Shown piece by piece: positions 55,348-64,000 of a stretch of 64,000 nucleotides of DNA. The notes under the pieces are model-generated. The model was given only the letters and a program-made list of their open reading frames with translations. It had not been told where the DNA came from and searched no databases. Numbering within the stretch: position 1 is the stretch's first letter; every line of letters starts with the position of its first letter. The DNA lies in the NCBI GenBank assembly GCA_964016885.1, contig OZ024756.1, positions 32,240,001-32,304,000 of the forward strand, read 5' to 3'. This DNA comes from Eledone cirrhosa (Eukaryota). A program made the position numbers and the translations under genes.

Positions 55348-56685
55348 AAAAAGTTTGTTTTTTTAAGTTACTTCGTCTGAAAACATATTGGCTCGATGAA
55401 GTGTGAGTATATATCTCCGTTTGTGTGTTAGAGGTGTATCTGTCTATGTATTTCTATGTACGTTAGTATGTATGTATTTGTAACGTTGTATGTGTGTGTG
55501 TATTTGTGTGTCTGTTTGTATGCTGTTGCTGTTTGAGCAACTAATCATTTCCCACTGGAATAAATCATCGGAGTACGATCAAAGATTTGTTTCTTCAGCG
55601 AATACCAGTCCTTGTTTTCATAAATAATATAGTTAGGACCACATTATACAATGTAACAATATTTTATATGAAATATATATAGATGTTCACTTTATTTACT
55701 CCCTGTGGAAAAGATAATTAACGTTTCGGACTTCGGCTGTTTATCACATTATAGAAAGGAAAACGTTTTCTCTGTTTAAAACATATAGTTATTCTAACCG
55801 ATTCATTCCAATAAGTAAATGTATTGGATTCTACATTCCATATTAAATTAATCACTATTCCTTTTCTTTTCTGAGAAAAGAGATTGGAATTTGAAGTAGA
55901 TTTGTCTACTAATTCTAGTACAGCATCATCTCGCTTCAGTACCTACATTTCCAATTCTGTATTTCTATGAGATTGTGTGTATGTGTGTGTGTGTGTTTCA
56001 ATGTATGTGTGTCTGTGTCTGTGTCTGTGTCAGAGTGTGTGAGTTTATGTGCGTATGTGTGTTTGTATGTATGTGTGTCTGTAGTATGTGTATGCGCGTT
56101 TGTGTGTGTTTGTATGTATTTGTGCGTGCGTGTGTATGCGTGTGTGTGGATTTGTATGTATGTGTGCGCGTGTGTGTTCATGTATGTATGTGTGATTGTA
56201 TGTATGTGTGTTTGAATGTGTGCGCGCGTGTGTGTGTGTGTGCATGTGAGTGTGTGTTTTATTCCTCTGTGTGTTATTCGAATTTATATGGTTAAAAAAA
56301 AAAAAAGACTGTGTTTAGAAAAAAAAAAAACCTATAATATTTATTGACAAAGGAATAATTTCCATTTTACATAAACACAATAGATGAATAAATCTAACAA
56401 ATAACCCAAATAAGAAAAAAATATTAATGAGACTGTTTTCTTTCTTCAGAGTTTAAGGATAATATATTGTGGAAGAAAAGGTTCAGGTTCGAATGATAAA
56501 TGAGAAACAGGGGACGACTCATGGAATGCTAAGATCTTGAATTCAATGTTGCACATGCATGCCAACATGGTTTAAAAGTTTAGTTTATTTTACATTAATA
56601 TGGTTCCGGTTTCCATTATACTTTGTGGGAATCTAAGCAATTTTTTGTTTTCGGTATCCTAGTTTGGTGTTGAGATTTGTGAGCG

Positions 56686-57092
56686 AAAATGGGTAGAGTC
56701 TATTGTGTGAAAATATGTAGTCTTTTGTGTGAAAATGGGTAGAGTCTATTGTGTGAAAATGGGTAGTCTTTTGTGGGGAAAATGAGGAGAGTCTATTGTG
56801 TGAAAATGGGTTGAAGCTTTTGTGTGAAAATGGGTAGAGTCTATTGTGTGAAAATGGGTAGTCTGTTGAGAGAAAATTGGTAGAGTCTATTGTGTGAAAA
56901 TGGGGAGAGTCTATTGTGTGAAAATGGGTAGAGTCTATTGTGAGAAAATGGGTAGAGTCTTTTGAGAGAAAATGGATAGAATCTTTTGTGTGAAAATGGT
57001 TATAGCCTTTTGAGAGAAAATGGGTAGAGTCTATTGTGTGAAAATGGTTATAGCCTTTTGAGAGAAAATGGGTACAACTTTTTGAGAGAAAA
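56686..57092. repeat. Minisatellite, 22-24-bp unit GAAAATGGGTAGAGTCTATTGTGT, ~17 copies
   Basis: Direct tandem units with point variants. Confidence 0.95.
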
Positions 57093-57609
57093 GGAGTAAA
57101 CAGTAGTTGACACGTGTAAAGGTTTGTCAGATGGAATGTGCACGTCCTTGGGTGAGTGACTTAACATGTTCACAGCCTCACCGGGCCTTTGGATTACTTT
57201 ACCTTTTGTGAAATTTGCGGACCAAGTTTTTTTTGTCTGTTTGAAAAGAACTTTCCCATCGTAGATATATTAGAAAAACCTACGTGGCATAGTTTATTCC
57301 CCCTTCACTTAATTAGTTTCATCAGACCCCTAAATTGGCAACAGTTTTGCCTCTATCCCTTCATGAAGTCTTAAACATGCAAAATGAAACTGATACTTAT
57401 TTGAACTACAAAAAAGAAAGACGATAGCTGTAGAAAACAAATAGAAAACGTATATTACGCTCCGGTGTGTATAAGTTAATGAAGCTAAAAGAGGGATTTG
57501 CGGAAATATATATCATATCAGCTGTAGATATATCACCAGGTAGAACTTTCATTAAAATACCTCAGGCTACATACAGAAGAGATGATGGACAATACCCCAG
57601 AAGTACTAT

Positions 57610-57811
57610 TTGAGGGTCGACAGAAAAGTTCATAAGCTGACCAAGATACTCTCATACCAGGACCAAATTATATCAATTTTTCAACATAGTCCCTGGAAGG
57701 AAACAATGCAGTTATTAATGAGAAGAGTCGAAATTAATGCATACAAGTTTTCATAGCACTAACATCACCCTGCCATAGTCGTACTGTAAAAGTTTCAGCT
57801 GACTTTTGTAT
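57610..57811. mobile_element. Possible decayed mariner-type MITE
   Basis: GAGGGTCGACAGAAAAGTT at the left and weakly complementary AAAGTTTCAGCTGACTTTTGTA at the right resemble mariner TIRs (recalled, not verified). Confidence 0.3.
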
Positions 57812-58997
57812 AATACGAGACCTTATTTAGAATTGTAATCATAAAACCTTATATCTAACATATATCTGTGTTCTTGTGTCTAAGTAAAACGCAGTGACAG
57901 ATGCCGGACCAGTGAGACTATTGAGAACACCTTGATGTGCATAAAAGGCTACCATCACAAGAGTGGCATCATATAAATTTGTGTATAATTTCTTCTTCTT
58001 CTTCTTGGGACGCGTGTGTAGGTGGAGTCCACTGACATGACTTTCAGAGAGTTCTATCAAAAGCAACCATCTCCACGTGTTTTCGGGGGGCAGCGTGCAG
58101 GGGGGGGGGGGGTAGTCAATCATATTGCAAGTGATCTACTTCTGATTCCCCTGTTTGGGTTTTCCGGTAAATCTCTGCTACAAATCTTTTCTTAGACATT
58201 CTAAATAACATTTAGAACCATAATCAATATTCCTGGGTCTAAGTGAAAACAATAAGTCAGCGACATTACAGTTGATTCAGTGACTTCAAGTCTAAGCCAA
58301 CTCAGTTTTCGTTTGTTCACATAAATAATCTGGAAATAGAAATGAATTTCCTTATGCTTAAATTTGTAGCAAAGAAGATTTTGGCTCTTTGCCGAATTCA
58401 CAAATTAATATTTGATCAGCTCACAGAACCTAGTAATTGAAAAAAAAAACAAAAAAAACACACCAGCAAAAACAAAAATTTCGTGAGACAGAAGACAAAT
58501 TAAAATGAACTGTGTAAGATCTTATTCAGGTCTAACGTAATATCACATACACATTCAGGAATCGTCACTAAATTCGATACAATTGTTTTCGTGTTTGTGT
58601 TTTTTATTTAATGTGATTTTTTTAATATATTTATAGATATGAAGCATCACTCATAATATACTACAATATATAGGCTTTGATCTTTCTCCTACTCCAGCAA
58701 ACAGTCTTCTTATCGACTATTGCAATTCCCTTGTCGTAATGGGAATCTGATAGCAAGCATTGTTTGGCAAATATACGTTTCTTCAGAGTAATTGTGTTTT
58801 TTTTTTCATATTTCCTTCATTAAACTATGTTTTCCCATCCTTCCTTGACTTGTCTTTTAACACCGCTTCTTCTCTGGAAGAAGTCGACGTGAAATATTTG
58901 CAGATGTCTGATTGTGACGCACATTCCCAGCTACATACAGCTATGCGAAACATACATGCCCTCTATAACATAAACGTGCATATATATATATATATAT

Positions 58998-59077
<80 letters not shown>

Positions 59078-59119
59078 GATATTAAACAAATGGAAACTAT
59101 ATTTATAAAACCATATTTA

Positions 59120-59181
59120 TTTCAATATACGTATTTCAGGGATACCATATTAAAAATATGGCATGCCTTCGTCAGATAAAA
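59120..59181 (-). ncRNA. Type I minimal hammerhead ribozyme
   Basis: TTTTAT-CTGACGA-AGGCATGCCATATT[TTT]AATATGGTATCCCT-GAA-ATACGTAT-A-TTGAAA: 14-position stem II with one mismatch, palindromic stem III, one mismatch closing stem I. Confidence 0.75.
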
Positions 59182-59213
59182 TACAATATATAAACAATTT
59201 TAAATAAAACTTT

Positions 59214-59257
<44 letters not shown>

Positions 59258-59568
59258 AAAATGTTCAAGACCCCGACGGCATTTTCCTATTACCCACTCT
59301 ACTACCCAAAGTATTGAGTACTCTGGTGTATTATGGTCCACCTGGTTACTTACCATACTTCCTGCTACTCGTGTGTCGAATGAAGCGAGTAAACTGGTTG
59401 GCCTCATAAACAAACATATTGTACAACTGACAAACTTAAATAATTTGAAATATGTGTATATCTATATAAATATACCAATACATATACTTATGCTTCTACC
59501 TATGTGTATACGTGTATACAGTGTATATACACACTCATGCACACTATAAACTCATCCACACACACATA

Positions 59569-59603
<35 letters not shown>

Positions 59604-59634
59604 TTATATATGTATACATACACACACACACACT

Positions 59635-59750
<116 letters not shown>

Positions 59751-59897
59751 TATATGTGTGGGTGTGTGTATATATAATGATATATACATATATATATACA
59801 TTCATAAATATATATATATATAATTATATATCTATATATCTATATGTATATAATATATAATATGTATGTTCATAAGTATATATATATACATAAATAT

Positions 59898-59958
<61 letters not shown>

Positions 59959-60264
59959 ATGTGTGTGTATGTATGTGTGTGCGTCTGTGTGTATGTCATT
60001 ATGTATATATCCATAGAAAAGAAAGAGGGAGAGAGAGATTATGTGTTGTAATAACTCAATATTTTAGAGAATCTCTTTCAACAGTAAGTTAGTCATTTTG
60101 TAACAGCTGTCTAATAAAAAGCATTACAACCTAATTTACTTCTCTCTGTGATGAATATTAATCTCCATATATCATTATATACTTCATCATTGTAGCAACA
60201 TTTACATACAATTACAGCAGTACTATCAGCATTAATAAACCTAACACTAAATATATATACTCAA

Positions 60265-60936
60265 TAATAATTGTTTCTACTTTAGGCACAAGGCCAGCAA
60301 TTACCCAGTGCATTACTGGTACTTTATTTTATCGACCCCGTAAGGATGAAAGGCAAAATCAACCTCGGCGGGATTTGAACTCAGATCGTAAAGGGACATA
60401 ACTATGCTGGAAAAAATGGTGTCCGACCCTCTACCGATACTGCCAATCCACGCCCTAATATATATATACTCAATAATAATGGTGATAATGATAATGATGA
60501 TAATGATGATGTTAATATTAATAATTGTTTCTATTTTAGGCACAAGGCTAGCAATTACCTAGTACATTACTGGTACTTTATTTTATCGACCCCGTAGGGA
60601 TGAAAGGCAAAGTTAACCTCGGCGGGAGTTGAACTCAGATCATAAAGGGACGTAACTCTATGCCTCAAAGCATGGTGTCCGACTATCTACCGGCACTGCT
60701 AATTAATATTAATAATAATTGTTTCTACTTTGGGCACAAAACCAGCAATTTTGGGGAATGGGAATGTCAATTAAATCGACCCCAGTGCATTACTGGTATT
60801 TTATTTTATCGACGTCGTAAATGATGAAAAGCAAGGCTAACCTCGGTGGGATTGGAAACTCAGAACATAAAAGGCCATAATTCTATGACGCAAAGCATGG
60901 TTTCCGATGCTTTACCGATTCTTACAATCGACCGCA
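60265..60936 (-). mobile_element. Three head-to-tail family A SINEs
   Basis: Units 60265-60455, 60520-60700, 60714-60936. The first is flanked by a duplicated ATATATATACTCAATAATAAT. Confidence 0.92.
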
Positions 60937-60937
60937 C

Positions 60938-60986
<49 letters not shown>

Positions 60987-60987
<1 letters not shown>

Positions 60988-61385
60988 TTTTCTTTATTAA
61001 CCACAAGGGTTCACATAAAGTAGACATTAAGGACAGTACAGGACAATACAGGACGGTACAAATGGGCATTTCTGCGTGTAAAAAAACAAAAACAGAGGAT
61101 GTAACAAAAATAACAATGAAAATAACAATGAAAAATTCCCCAATAGGGGGGAGACTTCGGAGGGACATTTGTGGAGAAAGCCCAGTAAAAAGCCACAATG
61201 ACCCTGACCACCAAGGCAAGTGCCCTCTCCCAGTTTTCCACCTTTAGTTTACAGACACATACTCAGAGTAGGCCCATTCACTCGGGCTATTCTTGCCTCT
61301 CTCACCCATCTTTCAACAAAATGCTGGGAAGAGAGCACGTCCCTCTCTACCCTGATTTTCCTTTTCAAATGAAATTTGAAAAAGT
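60987..61385 (-). mobile_element. Divergent Tx1-like LINE 3' fragment ending in (ATT)n
   Basis: The minus strand reads FKFHLKRKIRVERDVLSSQHFVERWVREARIARVNGPTLSMCL*, homologous to the end of the 13.6-kb element. The UTR shares CCCCTATTGGGG and CCTTGTGGTTAATAAAGAAA. Confidence 0.75.
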
Positions 61386-62223
61386 TAATCAGGGCATCAT
61401 AATTAATGACAAGCGATTCGGCACATTTGTCGAACGTGGGATGGGATGCTTCGTAATAAACATTCCGGCTCCCTACACCACGACTTCAAATTCCTCAGAA
61501 GTCAACTTAGTTTTTAACCATTTTGAAGTCGATAAATAAAGTAGCAGTCCAGTACTGGGGCAGATTCTTCCCATATATCATGTCCTCATCACCACTATCT
61601 CTCTCAATTTTTTCTTTCTCCTTCTTTCTCATTCACGCTTTCTCCTCTTCCTCCTCTACCTCTCTCACCCTGTCAAGCTTCGAAGAAGAATAGGTTCCAC
61701 CAGTGTTCAATGCCCACGTCATATCCTAGTACGTATCCACCACAATGCCCTTTTGAACCCATCAAGATTTCAGGGTCGATTTAAATGTAAGAAAATAGTT
61801 AGTAACAATCATTTTAACAAGAATATTTACGCTAATGTTTTCGATTGCTGCAATTGTAACATAAAAAAAAGATAACTATCAATATTTGTAACACCCTGAT
61901 TTGGATAAAAGGAAATCTCTGAAACTGTGTTGACGATAACATATTGAACTTAAAAATCGTTAAACTAAGTGAAATCTTAGCTGAAATTTCGGAAGTTAAG
62001 ATTTTAGTATCTCATCTTCTACTCAGTATGTTGTCACCTTGTATAGATTGTTTTGATAAATCACATGAATATCATGCCAAGCCCTATTTATCTACTTAGT
62101 GTCATGCTTAAGACGAAAGCCGATAAATAAGATCCTGTGTGACTGCTAGATAAATGTAATGAATGAACGTTTGTAGAAAAATATGTTAGTTTCACTCTGT
62201 ATCTCACTTCAAATCTCAGATAC

Positions 62224-62291
<68 letters not shown>

Positions 62292-62399
62292 GTATATGTA
62301 TACATATATACGTATATATAGGTATATATATGTATATATGTATACATATATAAATAGGTATATTTATAGTTATAGGTATATATATGAATATATGTATAC

Positions 62400-62446
<47 letters not shown>

Positions 62447-62731
62447 CTTATCTGACGCAATGATAGAACACCATCTTTTGATGAATGTAAAATCAGTTTT
62501 AATTATTTATGCGTTCAACTACTTCCTGGATGTACAACATTCCCTTCAGTACTATTTTATTTGTTATTGATTTATTTGTACATGTACTTACATTTGTTTA
62601 TGGAAGCCATGTTAAAGTAAAAAATTAAAAACAGGAAAGCTAAATAGAAATTCCGAGAGGTTTGGCACTCCTTGGAATTAATTCTGAGATGTCTTTTACC
62701 CTTTCCTATTTTGTTAAATTAATGATGTCAG

Positions 62732-62943
62732 TCAGTAAACCGCGCCATAATGCGACACTGCTTTTATTTAGTCGATCGTTTCGACCCTTGTAATTGTATT
62801 TTGAATCTGGTCCTTATTTTAGCGATCTCGTTTTTGTCGAAGAGACATAAACATACAAATATACCAGATTCAAAATACAATTACAAGGGCCGAAACGATC
62901 GACTAAATAAAAGCAGTGTCGCATTATAGCCGCAGTTTACTGA
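62732..62943. repeat. Inverted repeat (~80-bp arms, ~50-bp spacer) made of a SINE-like sequence
   Basis: TCAGTAAAC...ATAATGCGACACTGCTTTTATTTAGTCGATCGTTTCGACCCTTGTAATTGTATTTTGAATCTGGT and its reverse complement at 62863-62943. Confidence 0.88.
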
Positions 62944-63082
62944 AATTATTTAGGCGGCATCTCGATTGTGGTATAACATCGGCTTGGCTACCGTATTGTG
63001 AGTGGAAATTTGCAAATGAATATTGTCGAAACAGGGCTTTATATATATATATATATATTTATTTATCTATATATATATATGA

Positions 63083-63143
<61 letters not shown>

Positions 63144-63148
<5 letters not shown>

Positions 63149-63935
63149 ATATTTGGGGAGGGTCATATTTGCGTAATATTGCCAGAATTAATAACAGAAC
63201 ACACTCACTGTTTGGTTGGTTTTCGCTTCTCGCTGTCTTTTATATATATATATCTGCGATCTAACTTACTCGGTCCTCAATGTTGCCATTGACTGACCGG
63301 CGGTCAAAAATAATACAGATACAATATAGACACAAACACATATATATAGTTTACATAATTTACATAAATCTTTCGTTGCACATCTGCAACATCGTCAGTG
63401 GTGTTATATTCATTGTTCCTCCTGTTGTGTTGTATGTCTACGCCATTTTTTTTTTTGTTCAGTCTGTCTATATATTTATTTATTTATTTGCTTGTTTGTT
63501 TATCTTATTTTATTTTGTCTTCTTTGCGCATGCGTTTGCGTGTGTGTATAGTGTTATGTGTGATGTGTGACTAGTGTGTATAGTGTTGTGTCTGCTGGGT
63601 GACTAGTGTGTGTTTATGTGCTTGTGTATGTATTTGTTTATCTTATTTTATTTAATTTTATTTACTTATTTATACTTCTCTTAGGTCAGTGTTGTTTGTT
63701 TGGGTGTTGTTGTTGTTCCACTCATTCTTTCTGTTTAGCTTTGGTCTTCTAATTTCTATTTCACTGGCCTCTCTGATTTGCCTATCTGCTGGGTCATTCC
63801 TATGTTTAGATATTATTCTAATTTCTATGTTGTCTATGTTACCGTCATGTTGTTGTCTAGCATGTTCTGTTATTAATTCTGGCAATATTACGCAAATATG
63901 ACCCTCTCCAAATATAACAATATCTGTTTCGACAC
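63144..63935 (-). mobile_element. 5'-truncated Penelope-like element: GIY-YIG endonuclease C-terminus, downstream pLTR region with hammerhead, inverted copy of the 3' terminus at the 5' end
   Basis: ORF 63670-63945 contains EHARQQHDGNIDNIEIRIISKHRNDPADRQIREASEIEIRRPKLNRKNEW (H..H / RxIxEAxxI / PxLN pattern). 63142-63200 and ~63862-63922 are reverse complements. Hammerhead at 63363-63400. Confidence 0.75.
63363..63400 (-). ncRNA. Minimal hammerhead ribozyme (Penelope-type)
   Basis: CTGACGA-T-GTTGCA[GATG]TGCAAC-GAA-AGATTT-A. Core and 6-bp stem II are intact, but stem I is only ~2 bp. Confidence 0.62.
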
Positions 63936-64000
63936 ACGATTTCATATAAAAAACCTCGCAAAACTAATTCATCGCCGCTATATATATATATATATATATA

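Noticed and set aside
56686-57092. Regular 24-bp array, superficially CRISPR-like
   Set aside because: The units are contiguous with no unique spacers, there are no cas genes, and the context is eukaryotic.

Overview
AT-rich, microsatellite-saturated eukaryotic non-coding DNA (intergenic or intronic). The repeat types resemble those I recall from octopod cephalopods, but that is inference. No host exon, rRNA, true tRNA or CRISPR array is supported, and almost all listed ORFs are translations of (TA)n, (CA)n or (GA)n. The recognisable content is mobile DNA: (1) a 5'-truncated R4/Dong-type RLE non-LTR retrotransposon with an unbroken ORF, inserted in (TAA)n (23306-25087); (2) Tx1/L1-type 3' fragments sitting in (ATCT)n or (ATT)n; (3) decayed RTE- and CRE-like fragments; (4) about 18 near-full copies of a tRNA-headed SINE, often head-to-tail, whose tail resembles the Tx1-like 3' end; (5) a Penelope-like GIY-YIG C-terminal fragment with a hammerhead ribozyme and an inverted terminus. 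The most interesting signal is a set of short fold-back (palindromic) elements embedded in (TA)n tracts. Several carry minimal type I hammerhead ribozymes with palindromic stem III, one family has a U3-A8 core variant, and another has a hammerhead-shaped but non-canonical motif. They look like non-autonomous Penelope-like, retrozyme-type elements. All RNA structures were folded by eye and none is tested.
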